DNA of 64,000 bases from an uncultured Planctomycetaceae bacterium (GCA_963976765.1 CAXBME010000009.1:186001-250000); one strand, 5' to 3'; positions 1 through 9,853 are shown, counted from the first letter of the stretch. A program made the numbers and translations. The notes: generated by a model from the sequence alone, not told the origin.

Positions 1-528
1 TGCAGCAGTTCCGCCTATTGAGGCGACTGTCGCCTCAGCGTCCTGCCTGGCAACAGCCTGAACGTCATCCAGCGAATAACCTGCTTCTTCAAGTTGTCTC
101 AACCAGGCAATGACAGATCGCGCCTGAAGCAGCGATGTCATGAGCCCAGCCTTCAGGCTTTCGGGGTAAGGGCACTCCCAGAAGTCGCGGTAGTCAGACT
201 CCAGTTGAAGCCGGCACCCTAGTATCAGCGGTCTGTCGTCAGCGAGGACTCCACAGTTTGCGAGCGCGGCCACAAGTTCCGTGTAGTCTTTCTCGCGGTT
301 GCCACGCATCTGCAATAGCGTCTGCACGGAACGGAACGAAAACGTTCTGCCAATGGTCGTCTTGCCGCTCCCTGGAGTACCGCAAATAACAACAGGTCGA
401 TCGTAGAGGTCGCTGTTCTGCGCATGCTTCTCCAGGAATCGCGTGATCGGTTCTGGCGCAACGACGGATAGAAACGCCACGTCGTCTCGAAAATGTTCCG
501 TTGTACGTTTTTTGAACGGATTATCCAT
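1..528 (-). CDS. P-loop ATPase, ORC/CDC6-like or STAND-like (partial, runs off left edge)
   Basis: Not in the ORF track. Manual translation from ATG at 528: MDNPFKKRTTEHFRDD...RPVVICGTPGSGKTTIGR..., open to base 1. Walker A GTPGSGKT. Start overlaps the PRTase stop by 8 nt. Confidence 0.8.
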   Translation of the reverse strand, partial: MDNPFKKRTTEHFRDDVAFLSVVAPEPITRFLEKHAQNSDLYDRPVVICGTPGSGKTTIGRTFSFRSVQTLLQMRGNREKDYTELVAALANCGVLADDRPLILGCRLQLESDYRDFWECPYPESLKAGLMTSLLQARSVIAWLRQLEEAGYSLDDVQAVARQDAEATVASIGGTAA

Positions 529-1663
529 TCAGCACCTGTCCCTGCTTATCCAGGGAATCATCAAGCACGTCGTGCCGCTGTCTTCTGGGAAAGAGCGGCC
601 GCATCTGATGCACGTCCTGATTCCCTGAACTTGTCGCCCACAGAAGAGGAATCGTGTTGTTCGGAGTGTTGTGGTCGAGAATGACGGGCAGTCGGCTGTC
701 GCCGTAGCCAAACATCATTGATTCGCAACCACTTTCACGCACATGCTTCTCTGGCGCGATGGATGCGTCGAAGTGCCTCGAAATCAGATCGAGCACGTCG
801 GCATTCTCTGTTTCTTCCATCCGAATGGACTGCGGCAGCACCATCCCGAACGTGAATTCGGCATCGAACCAGTTGCCCTCAGCGGCACGTTCTGCATGTC
901 TCTGCAATACTGCCTCTCGTGCACGCTGAGTGGCCAGATAATGATGGACGTGAATTCTGACGTCGTCGGAAAGGTGGCTTCCTGCAAACTGCCGCGACTC
1001 GTCCCAGAAACGGCGCAGCTTCCCCTTCCACTTCCCATCCACGAAACGCAACAGGCTGGTTCCGCTTGCGGTAAAGTCGTCAAGTAGAAAGACGAATTCA
1101 AAGCGAGCCTCGGCGTCTCCCAGCTCGTCTTGAAGGTCCTTGAGCAGGTCGTCCCACTTTTCTCTATTAAAACGTGACGTGGTGACAATCTGCTCGTTCG
1201 AGATGGTGCCAGGATTCGCTCGCCGAAACACATCGATGCGCGCACCATCGCTCAGTTCGATAAAGAGGCACTTTCTTTGCAATTTTCCCAATGCATTGCT
1301 GGCCTCTTGATGAACACGAACCTGGTAGTCTGCGATGCCATAACTGTCTGCAACAAACCGTAAGATTTCCGGTCGAAAAAACTCAGGCCAGCTCAGCCCA
1401 ATCAGGTGGTGCATCTCTGCTGTGCTGATGAAGATGAGCTGATCGCGAACGAAGCGGTAAGCCGTTTTACGGTCTTCAAGTGCTCCGAATTGTTGAACCC
1501 AATCCAGCAACCGCTCTGAAAAGCGGGCACCGGCAAGGAAATCCTGATAGCCGTCGTACTTCATCCGCGACATCAGTTCGATACGCGCAAATTCAGCTTG
1601 AGCCGTGTCGTCGTCCCACGACATGACCTCAGCCAGCTTACGGAGAACGTATTGAAGGTTCAT
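521..1663 (-). CDS. Type I phosphoribosyltransferase-fold protein (PRTase-CE-like conflict effector)
   Basis: PRPP-binding loop FLLDDFTASGTS; C-terminal HNTPNNTIPLLW and RPLFPR; 4-nt ATGA overlap with upstream gene. Confidence 0.75.
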   Translation of the reverse strand: MNLQYVLRKLAEVMSWDDDTAQAEFARIELMSRMKYDGYQDFLAGARFSERLLDWVQQFGALEDRKTAYRFVRDQLIFISTAEMHHLIGLSWPEFFRPEILRFVADSYGIADYQVRVHQEASNALGKLQRKCLFIELSDGARIDVFRRANPGTISNEQIVTTSRFNREKWDDLLKDLQDELGDAEARFEFVFLLDDFTASGTSLLRFVDGKWKGKLRRFWDESRQFAGSHLSDDVRIHVHHYLATQRAREAVLQRHAERAAEGNWFDAEFTFGMVLPQSIRMEETENADVLDLISRHFDASIAPEKHVRESGCESMMFGYGDSRLPVILDHNTPNNTIPLLWATSSGNQDVHQMRPLFPRRQRHDVLDDSLDKQGQVLNG

Positions 1664-3603
1664 GGTCGCGGCTTTCGCTTGAGTCGGTTCACATCAATTC
1701 GAAATCGGCCGTCCTTTGCGATCATGGCATTCAAATATACGACTGCTGCCTGCGGTCCCAGGTATCCGGCAGGCGCTACGTTCCAGCCCGAGGCCGAGTC
1801 CGGAGACACCTGTGCGACACTGAGAGAATATGGTTCCGCAAGCAGTTCAAAGTCGTTACCGGGGGCGCACCCGAGGTCACCCACCGTCAATACTGGCTCG
1901 TCATCACCCCACCCATGATTCGCGCTCAGAGCCTCAAGGACAGCCAGCTTAGATACGCCCGAGGCCAGAATGTCGACCGAGTGTGTTGACCAGAGAACTC
2001 TCACACCCGGCACAGCAGCTCCTCTCACGATATCTTCAGCGATTGCTCGAAGTACCGGCGGCGGCGTGCTCGGTTTAGCCTGTAGCGAAATCTGACGTCC
2101 CCGGGTATCGATCTTCGTGACACATGACTTCAGCTGGGGGTCTCGTCGAATGCATCGTTCGATTTCCCGCAATTCGGGACAGGCCTGTTCGTGAGCCGGG
2201 TCGTGTTTTTCTTCCAGACTGACAACGACACTCCCGTTGTAGTATCCGAGCAGTACTTGCGACCATCGATCTGCGGGCACGAACGCCTGCAGGTCTCGAC
2301 GGACTGACCCCCCGCGTCCCGTTGCGATACCGATCTGGATGCCTGCATCGAGGAGAGAGCAGATGCCACTTCGAATCGCATCGGACGGGCCAGTCGTCTT
2401 TTCGAACCGACCGCACAACGTTCCGTCATAATCGAACACGACTGCACGGAAACGCTGCTTGCGAAGTCGACTGAGGAATCCGTCCAACGCAGGCTGTAGA
2501 GAATTCGAATCGCCACACTGGGCACCGGCGCGATGCTTGCGCAACATGGAAATTGCTGGCTGAGCAACGTCAGCAGCAGCAGCCCGGCCTGGTCGCAGGT
2601 TGTAGAGCTTTCGACCGAACCCGGGTACGCCTGGACGCCCCGGGTCGATGCCGCGGGCTCGACCGGCCGATCCGGCAATGTGCATCGCCAGCACAATCCC
2701 CGCAATGCTGACCTCTGCAAGATTCCCATCAATATTCAGTGTCACGCACGGTACATCTTCCGGGATCAGGGCTGATGTGCGTCGTGCCAGTTCCTGATCC
2801 TCATCGGCAACGAGAATCAGTACGGCAGCGTCATCGCCTCGTTTGGCGAGCCAGTGATGTCTTCCGTGAGCAAAATGTCGAAAGTCGCCGAATTGAAGAT
2901 TACCGAGCGCAGCCTCTGTGAACTTGGACTCAAGGTCCCAGGCAGCCGGCAGTAGCGACGTTGAATGAATCACGATCAGATTGCTGCGTTCCCACAATGG
3001 CTGACACAGCACATCGAGTTTTCGCTCCCATCGCCGACCGAGTGAACGAAGAGCAGGCAATCGCGTAATGGTACTGGGAAGCCGCGTCCGGGGAGCGAAA
3101 ACTTCGAGCCATGCCCTCGTGATTAGTACGGAGAAGGCAAGGAGTGAATTCGTTGCGAGGAAGCCATCGCGACCCGCCGGAAAGTCGCATTCCAGCAGAT
3201 CAACGTACTGATGGTTCCCGGAACGATCGGCCAGCTTGCTATCGGGCCGACCGACGATCGCAGAGAGTGCATCGGGCTCGCGTACGACAAGATGACGGAA
3301 GACATCAAGAATGTCCCCGTTCCCACCACCTGCACTCAGCAGGAGATACGCCGTTTCGCGGAGGACATCATCGTCCTGTCGAACGTCCAGTGGCGTCGCG
3401 GCCCTGGCGTTTCTGGACGCGAGCCGGCGATGCAACAGAGCCGCAAGATGCGCCGCAGAGAGCGATCCCCCGGAGCCGATGGCCACGAGCGACTTATCAG
3501 CAGTCGCCGCGACCGCCGAAACGAACCGGTCCAGGTCAAACGAATGGGACCAAGCGTAGGTGTCGCCGAGTAATGCAAGTTCCGTCTCGTATGGTTTTCC
3601 CAA
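1660..3603 (-). CDS. SIS (sugar isomerase) domain + HAD-IIB phosphatase fusion
   Basis: SIS motifs AIGSGGS, LLSAGGGNGD, FAHGRHHW; HAD motifs FDYDGTL, IATGRG, SK, VGD..GND; TTG start with GGAGG RBS. Confidence 0.8.
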   Translation of the reverse strand: MGKPYETELALLGDTYAWSHSFDLDRFVSAVAATADKSLVAIGSGGSLSAAHLAALLHRRLASRNARAATPLDVRQDDDVLRETAYLLLSAGGGNGDILDVFRHLVVREPDALSAIVGRPDSKLADRSGNHQYVDLLECDFPAGRDGFLATNSLLAFSVLITRAWLEVFAPRTRLPSTITRLPALRSLGRRWERKLDVLCQPLWERSNLIVIHSTSLLPAAWDLESKFTEAALGNLQFGDFRHFAHGRHHWLAKRGDDAAVLILVADEDQELARRTSALIPEDVPCVTLNIDGNLAEVSIAGIVLAMHIAGSAGRARGIDPGRPGVPGFGRKLYNLRPGRAAAADVAQPAISMLRKHRAGAQCGDSNSLQPALDGFLSRLRKQRFRAVVFDYDGTLCGRFEKTTGPSDAIRSGICSLLDAGIQIGIATGRGGSVRRDLQAFVPADRWSQVLLGYYNGSVVVSLEEKHDPAHEQACPELREIERCIRRDPQLKSCVTKIDTRGRQISLQAKPSTPPPVLRAIAEDIVRGAAVPGVRVLWSTHSVDILASGVSKLAVLEALSANHGWGDDEPVLTVGDLGCAPGNDFELLAEPYSLSVAQVSPDSASGWNVAPAGYLGPQAAVVYLNAMIAKDGRFRIDVNRLKRKPRP

Positions 3604-3797
3604 TTCGATGCGCCTCCCTGGCAGATTTGGTCGGTTTCACAGAGACGCGAGCAGCAATCGTCGGCCCCTCGTTTCAAGGCCCGGATTCTACGGACGGTTG
3701 GTATTCTGCGTTATCGATCCCGACTGAAGTGTACTGTCTTATACATTACGACTCCAGCAGCCAGGACTGAATCGGGCTCGCATTCCGCCCAATAGTG

Positions 3798-4331
3798 TCA
3801 GCGAGTACCGACACGATAAGCCGCGAATCGAAGAACCGATTCTCTGGATGCGAGTCGGCGGTTGACCTGGGGACGGCGGTTGACAAGTTGCTGTTCTGCA
3901 TCGCGCGGCGTGAGGTTCTGTGAGTGGATCAGCCATGCGAGGGCGATGGTCGCGCTGCGGCCTCGGCCAGCTTTGCAGTGGCAGTAAACGCGTCTGCCTT
4001 GTTCGGCGAAGCGGGCGATGAAGTCGACGCCGTCTCGAACGGCGTTGATATCCGGGGAATTATAGTCCAGAGTCGGCAGATACAGTTGATCAATCTCGGA
4101 GTCATCGTAGTGGGAAGTGTGTCCGTTCCATTCGGCGCACATGTTGATCACACCGCGCACATTCATCTCGTTGAAGCGAGACAGCTCTCGACGCATCGGC
4201 AACGCGCCGAGGATCAGCGTGTCGTCGATTTCAGTCCAGTGTTCTTCCAGCTTCAGACCGCGAGTTTTCAGCAATGTCCAGTAGAGCGTCGGGCGAAAAA
4301 GGAGCCGGCTCGCCATGGGCATTAGTTTCAT
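3798..4331 (-). CDS. Dual-specificity phosphatase, PTPMT1-like
   Basis: CX5R loop VYCHCKAGRGRSAT; N-terminal RLLFRPTLYW and ILGALP resemble PTPMT1 lipid phosphatases. Confidence 0.85.
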   Translation of the reverse strand: MKLMPMASRLLFRPTLYWTLLKTRGLKLEEHWTEIDDTLILGALPMRRELSRFNEMNVRGVINMCAEWNGHTSHYDDSEIDQLYLPTLDYNSPDINAVRDGVDFIARFAEQGRRVYCHCKAGRGRSATIALAWLIHSQNLTPRDAEQQLVNRRPQVNRRLASRESVLRFAAYRVGTR

Positions 4332-4375
4332 TCGAATGTCTCCTTTCGTCTCATAATCTCGTCGACTCGCCTCGA

Positions 4376-6202
4376 TTATGTATCTGCCGATGCCCGTTCC
4401 GTACGATCGCCGCCTGAAGACAAGTCGTTTGATGCCTGACTGGCGCCAGGTAGCAAAGCATCACTGGGGCCGAGATCGAGTAGCAACGTGTTGCCTCGTT
4501 CTTCCAGCACTGTGAATTGACTTCGCAATTCGGTTTCAAAACCGGGAACATGATTAAGGTAGGATCGCTCGGCTACGAAGTATCTGGCCCCGCGTTGCTT
4601 GTAGTCCTGGATTTGCTCCATCGACTGATATTCGTCGTTCAGGATGAATCCTTTGCGATTCATCCAGAAAAAGAAATACGGGCAATCCGACGCTCGCAGA
4701 AGCCCGTGTTGATCGACCTTGCTGTCGCCACCAACAATGATTAGCCCGGCAGCATTCGTGCGTTCGGAGAATGAAACGGCCATCTCGTAGGTCTTTGCAA
4801 AGTCACGAGGGTTCGCATCACGCTGAATTACGAAAATCTGTGCTCCGATTACTGCGAGAAAACATGCGAGAAACAACTTCCGACACGGGACGAGCAACCC
4901 AGGTCGTACTCCAGACCAACCAGACTTCAAAGAATCTTCGAATTCGATAAACAGTCCGGCTGTGGCAGCGACTGCCCCGATCAGCAGCGCGATTCGTGAC
5001 AGCGGCCCGATCATGCCTGCGTTGACTTCACCCGCCACGAAGGCCAGGCCGGCTGCTGCAACTACACAGACACACATACGCCGCGTTATCCGCATGTGTG
5101 TGCAACACACGGCGTGATAGCCCAGGCCGATCAGTATGGCTGCCAGTGGGGTACTGACGATGTGGTAGTACGCGGCCCAGTTCTCACCGGTTGTTCGTCC
5201 AGTCACAACGAAAAACGCAGCGAGGGCCACAAACCAGTACACCAACGGTCGTGACGGTTCCGACTTCCGAGCGTCCCTCAGACCAAGCATCCCGAAGAAT
5301 AATCCAGCGCCCAGCCAGATGTGCGCTGACTGTATCGAAATCACACCGGGAATGGTCTCCCAGAGCGTCATCAGGAAGTTGCCAGTCGAGATTCGTTCGT
5401 AAGCTTCATTCGAAATGCCCAGCGAATTGCCATACTGAAGCCAGAGCGTGTGGGCATGCGAGTACCACGCCAGTGGAAGACCGAGTGAAATGATACCAAA
5501 CAGCCAGATTTCTCGGCGTCGAAAGACGCTCATTCCAAACTTCTGGAAGCACAGGCACGCGAACAGAATTCCTACGTGTGCCGCTGGCACTTTCGCGAGG
5601 ATCGCCAGCGTTGTGGCCAACAAAGCAACCACGTAGTCGCTTCGGATGCCATGATCGATCCAGCGAATGAAGGCGTCGATTGCCAGCAGGTAGGCGAAGA
5701 ACATTAAAGGCTCTGGTTGAACTGCAGACGCCAGCTGCACGGCCATCGGACTGAGCGCGAAGATCGTCCACGCCGGTATCACTGCTGCTCGCGGCAGAAG
5801 CCGTTTCGCCAGCCGCAGGAATATCAGGCAGCTTGCCAGAGACAGCACGTACGACAGGACACGCAGTATCTCTTCGTGGTAACCGAAAACGTGGTAGAGA
5901 CACGCTGCCGTCCACGGGAAGAGAGGAAATTCCGACTCGACGTATCCCGGACCATCGCCTCGCCAGTCGATGCGAGGCATGAAGATGTTCATGTCCTCGT
6001 GATAGTAGTTTCTAGCGATCGCTCCAGTGTCCGTTTCTCGCCACGACTGTCGGACAGAGCCATCAATGGGTCGCCAGACGTCAATCGCCCGCACACAAGC
6101 GGCGACGACGAACAGAGCGATGATTACTCTGCGAAACCAGGGGTTGTTGTTTTCCTCTGTGGCGACACGCGATGCGTTCTGTTTCGATTCATCAGTCATC
6201 AC
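4376..6202 (-). CDS. GT-C fold membrane glycosyltransferase (ArnT/PMT family)
   Basis: Many TM helices; first-loop WRETDT..IARNY and ESEFPLFPW; LAILAKVP motif. Confidence 0.85.
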   Translation of the reverse strand: MMTDESKQNASRVATEENNNPWFRRVIIALFVVAACVRAIDVWRPIDGSVRQSWRETDTGAIARNYYHEDMNIFMPRIDWRGDGPGYVESEFPLFPWTAACLYHVFGYHEEILRVLSYVLSLASCLIFLRLAKRLLPRAAVIPAWTIFALSPMAVQLASAVQPEPLMFFAYLLAIDAFIRWIDHGIRSDYVVALLATTLAILAKVPAAHVGILFACLCFQKFGMSVFRRREIWLFGIISLGLPLAWYSHAHTLWLQYGNSLGISNEAYERISTGNFLMTLWETIPGVISIQSAHIWLGAGLFFGMLGLRDARKSEPSRPLVYWFVALAAFFVVTGRTTGENWAAYYHIVSTPLAAILIGLGYHAVCCTHMRITRRMCVCVVAAAGLAFVAGEVNAGMIGPLSRIALLIGAVAATAGLFIEFEDSLKSGWSGVRPGLLVPCRKLFLACFLAVIGAQIFVIQRDANPRDFAKTYEMAVSFSERTNAAGLIIVGGDSKVDQHGLLRASDCPYFFFWMNRKGFILNDEYQSMEQIQDYKQRGARYFVAERSYLNHVPGFETELRSQFTVLEERGNTLLLDLGPSDALLPGASQASNDLSSGGDRTERASADT

Positions 6203-6251
6203 TTACGGCCCTCAGCCAGCAAAAATACGGAGATTGGAAGCTTGTAGATCA

Positions 6252-7208
6252 CTAATGGATTTGGAGCGCCCACCAGGGCAGCCAATCGGTCGGCGCGTAG
6301 ACGATGGCACAGATAGAAAATGCCCACAGGGCTCCGTTAATCAGCGTTGGGCGATCGGTCACAAACAGCTTCGACGGATCGCCGCCTTCGGTGCGAAGAT
6401 GGACCAGGTAAAAGAATCGAAAGATGCCGTACATCACGAACGGCGTAGTCGCCATCAGCAGTTGCGTTTCGAAACGCGTTACCGTCTGGTCAGCGACGGT
6501 GTAGAGCGCGTAGCTGACAAGGGCGGATGCACCAGACACGGCCATCATCAGATCGAGGAACTGCTGCGAGTATCCGGCCAGGCAACTGCGATGCTTTGTG
6601 GCGTCGTCACTGAGTGAGACCAGTTCATGGCGGCGTTTGCCGAATCCGACAAAGACGGCCAGTGTCATCGTGCAGAGCACGATCCACGGTGACGGAACGG
6701 TCGCAATGACGATCGTTCCGGCGACGGCCCGCAGTACGAATCCACTGGCAATGCACATCACATCCAGAATCGGCTGCTGCTTAAGCGAGAACGTGTAGGC
6801 CACGTTGAGAGTCAGGTAAATTGAAATGAGGAGTCCGAACGAGATGCCAAGATGAAATCCGCCAGCGACGACTATGACCACTAGAGCCAGCATCGCAGTG
6901 ACAGCCAACCGCGGACTCAGGTCTCCGGACGCCAGGGGTCGCAGACGTTTCTTCGGATGCTGCCGATCGTTCTCGATGTCGCGCAGGTCATTCAGAAGAT
7001 AGACGGCACTCGACGCAAAGCAAAACAGGAAGAATCCCTGAATCGAGAGAAGAAGCAGGCTGAAATCGAACAGTGACCTGGAAAAGATCAGCCCACCGAA
7101 CAACAGGAGGTTTTTAACCCACTGATGCGGACGCATGGCTCGGGCGAGAGCACGTGTGGCCGGGATCATCTTTGAGCCAGCCGATGCCTGAATGGTTTGT
7201 GTGCTCAT
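6252..7208 (-). CDS. Polyprenyl-phosphate phosphoribosyltransferase (UbiA family, DPPR-synthase-like)
   Basis: RPHQWVKN, YLLNDLRDIENDRQHPKKRLRPLASG, GFVLRAVAG, GKRRHE. Confidence 0.9.
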   Translation of the reverse strand: MSTQTIQASAGSKMIPATRALARAMRPHQWVKNLLLFGGLIFSRSLFDFSLLLLSIQGFFLFCFASSAVYLLNDLRDIENDRQHPKKRLRPLASGDLSPRLAVTAMLALVVIVVAGGFHLGISFGLLISIYLTLNVAYTFSLKQQPILDVMCIASGFVLRAVAGTIVIATVPSPWIVLCTMTLAVFVGFGKRRHELVSLSDDATKHRSCLAGYSQQFLDLMMAVSGASALVSYALYTVADQTVTRFETQLLMATTPFVMYGIFRFFYLVHLRTEGGDPSKLFVTDRPTLINGALWAFSICAIVYAPTDWLPWWALQIH

Positions 7209-7430
7209 TGCAGCGAATCCAACCTACGCTTCCGAAATGACAGGTATCTCCGACTTGGCCGGACTGACCACACAATGGAGCGTCATCCCTTCAGGGACGT
7301 CAATGTGAAGGTAGGTCTCAACAGTCTGAGTGGTGCGCGACCGGCTGCTCACAAGTGAAGAATCTGCCGCCCAGCGCCAGCGTGTGCCTCGAATACAGGT
7401 ATTACGGGCGCGCAAATCCTGAATCAGACA

Positions 7431-7456
7431 GAAGACGGGCGAATTCGCCCGTCTTC
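7431..7456. promoter_or_regulatory. Perfect 26-bp palindrome containing the GGGCG-N4-CGCCC island motif
   Basis: GAAGACGGGCGAATTCGCCCGTCTTC between divergent ubiA-like and ECF sigma genes. Confidence 0.65.
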
Positions 7457-7537
7457 AAACGCGAAAATCTGGACGACCAATGACTTTCAGAATTGTTGTC
7501 AGGTTTCGGGCGTGGGCCGAGTCTAATATTCCGTGTC

Positions 7538-8122
7538 ATGGAACAGGGAACTGACAACACGACTACGCTCGTGCCGACGTCGAGCGGTGATAGCAACGCT
7601 GGTCTCGTTGCGCAATTTCAGGCGGGAGAAGCTGAGGCATTCGAAGAACTGGTCACTGCGAATCACACGTGGCTCATGCGACTAATCAATCGGCTGATCG
7701 ATTCGACGGTCGAGGGCGAGGATGTGTTAGTTGCTGTGTTTCAGGGCTTGCCGCGATTCCGTCAGCAGTCAAGTTTCGCAACGTGGGTCACGACAATCGC
7801 CGTCAACAAATGTCGCACTCATCGCCGGCGTTCGACACGTCGGAAGTGGTTCAGTGCGTATCTGTTGCGTGGGGGAACGCTCGACTCGTATGAAACCGAT
7901 GACACGTCGTCTGATGATGCAGAGGAAGTTCGGCGTGCCGTGCGCGGTCTACCGGAAAAGTATCGTGAGCCAGTTGTCCTGCACTATTTCGAGCACATGA
8001 ACATGGTTGAAGTTGCAGGCGTGCTGCGGCTCAAGACTAACACAGTTGAGGTGCGGCTCAGCCGTGCCCGCCGCCTGTTGCGAACGGTACTCAATAGTCG
8101 AATTGACGGAGATCACGAATGA
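7538..8122 (+). CDS. ECF RNA polymerase sigma factor
   Basis: Region 2 AFEELV..SSFATWVTTIAVNKC; region 4 LPEKYREPVVLHYFE..NTVEVRLSRARR; start set to ATG 7538. Confidence 0.9.
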   Translation: MEQGTDNTTTLVPTSSGDSNAGLVAQFQAGEAEAFEELVTANHTWLMRLINRLIDSTVEGEDVLVAVFQGLPRFRQQSSFATWVTTIAVNKCRTHRRRSTRRKWFSAYLLRGGTLDSYETDDTSSDDAEEVRRAVRGLPEKYREPVVLHYFEHMNMVEVAGVLRLKTNTVEVRLSRARRLLRTVLNSRIDGDHE

Positions 8123-8709
8123 ACGACGAGCATCTTGAATCGTTGCTGCGACAAGCGGTTGAGTCCGAAGAACAACCGCGCGAACCGTCGTATCACCTTA
8201 CTGCAAACGTGCTGACCACTGTTGCACGACGTCAGAGGCGGCGGCGGCAGCTACTGATGACATCGAGCGTTGCCGGAGCCTATCTGGCCGGAATGCTGAC
8301 AATGTGGTTCTGTCTTCCCGCCAAAGACACTGCACAGGGAGTACCACGTCAGCAACAAATCGTCTCGCAAACTGATCGTCAGCCGTCACAAGACCCGACT
8401 CAACAACAGGAACCGGGGCTGGGCGAAATCTCAACACCCCAGGTCGACGAGCCAACTCAGGCCGTCGTTGTTGCGACGGAGCCACCGAGTCCTGTGAAAA
8501 GCGTTTATCAACTCTTTCGAGACCTGGGAGACGCAAGCCACGCACGGGGCGATGTGACTTCGTCCATTCGCTACTACCGACTGGCGCTGGAATCTGCTTC
8601 CAAACATGAACTACAACCGGCCGGCGCATCAGACAATCTTCTACTTCTTTCTCTCAAGCAGGATCGAATTGCAGCCACTCAACTCACGACTCATGGAGAA
8701 TCTTTATGA
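8119..8709 (+). CDS. Probable anti-sigma factor (single TM, C-terminal TPR-like helices)
   Basis: ATGA overlap with sigma; RRQRRRR then a hydrophobic helix; Q/P-rich linker. Confidence 0.65.
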   Translation: MNDEHLESLLRQAVESEEQPREPSYHLTANVLTTVARRQRRRRQLLMTSSVAGAYLAGMLTMWFCLPAKDTAQGVPRQQQIVSQTDRQPSQDPTQQQEPGLGEISTPQVDEPTQAVVVATEPPSPVKSVYQLFRDLGDASHARGDVTSSIRYYRLALESASKHELQPAGASDNLLLLSLKQDRIAATQLTTHGESL

Positions 8710-9674
8710 GCTTTCCACGCTGGAATACGTCGTCCCCGCTGTTCTCAGTGGTGTCCCTTTTGCTTCTGCTGGCGGTCTCTGTGCCAGGGATGGGACAGGA
8801 TACGAAGCCCGCGTCAGCGAAACCGGTCACCAGCAAGTCCACTGACAAAGCTGTCAAAGCATGGACATGCCCGATGTGTCCTCAGATTCATCAGCCGTCA
8901 GGAGGTTACTGCCCAATTTGCTCGATGCGGCTTGTCTCGGCTTCTCTTGATGGTGGAGAATCGCCGCTCAGTCTGGACGAGATGCTGACCATCGCCCTTC
9001 AACACAACCCCGACGTCCGCGCGGCTCGGGCCAAACTGCTGGCGGCCGAGGCAGAGCTGGATCGGACCCGGCTGACGGTCCTGCAACAAATCATCGCATA
9101 CCGGGAACGATGGAGTGCTCACAAGGCAGCTCTCACAGCCGCGACTGAGGAAGTCCGAACAGCACAATCGACTGCCACTCCGGGCGATCTGTCGGAGGCT
9201 CAAAAGACTGCAATGGCGAGACTGCTGGCGACGGCACGCAGGAAGCTGGCCTTCGAACAGGCACGCCTCAAGGAAGTCGAAGCGCAACAGCCGTTTCTAC
9301 TCGGAAGTCAAGGTGGCCACGCAGGCCATGACAACAGCGACGCCGAGACAGCAGTCATCAAGGACCGGCTGATTCCGATGATCGAACAACTCATCAAGGT
9401 GACAACCGAAGACTATCAAAAAGGGCAGGCGGAATTGTCAGACACGATCTCCTGGTCACGGCGGCTGGCCGAATTGAAAGTTCAGACCGTCACTACCAAG
9501 ACTGAACAGAGCGAGATTGTGCAGGCTCACATCATCCTGCTGAAAGACATGCAGGAAATGGCAGCTCAACGCTACAAGGCTGGTGCCGCAACAATGAAAG
9601 ACGTCCTTGCCGCTCAGATTCAAGTCGCCGAGGCGGAACTGTGGCTGGCGAAAGTCAAGAACGACGCGCCGTGA
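8706..9674 (+). CDS. Exported protein with heavy-metal-binding domain and TolC-like helices
   Basis: Signal peptide; WTCPMCPQIHQPSGGYCPICSMRL; LSLDEMLTIALQHNPDVRAARA resembles OEP helices. Confidence 0.7.
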   Translation: MSFPRWNTSSPLFSVVSLLLLLAVSVPGMGQDTKPASAKPVTSKSTDKAVKAWTCPMCPQIHQPSGGYCPICSMRLVSASLDGGESPLSLDEMLTIALQHNPDVRAARAKLLAAEAELDRTRLTVLQQIIAYRERWSAHKAALTAATEEVRTAQSTATPGDLSEAQKTAMARLLATARRKLAFEQARLKEVEAQQPFLLGSQGGHAGHDNSDAETAVIKDRLIPMIEQLIKVTTEDYQKGQAELSDTISWSRRLAELKVQTVTTKTEQSEIVQAHIILLKDMQEMAAQRYKAGAATMKDVLAAQIQVAEAELWLAKVKNDAP

Positions 9675-9853
9675 TGAATTCTGCCCTGATCCACCTGGAC
9701 GACTAAGAGTTCGAAATTCTGCTCGTGTCAAACGTCGCATACGCGTGCTGCAGGAACGCCCTAACGTGTGAGTCTCACTGCCAGCCTGGCAAACACCTTG
9801 AATGCCAGGCCAGCATTCTGGTCTTCAGAAATAGCGATTTGGATCAAGCAGGC

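Noticed and set aside
8421..8434. GGGCGAAATC half-site of the island motif
   Set aside because: Inside a CDS and lacks the right arm.
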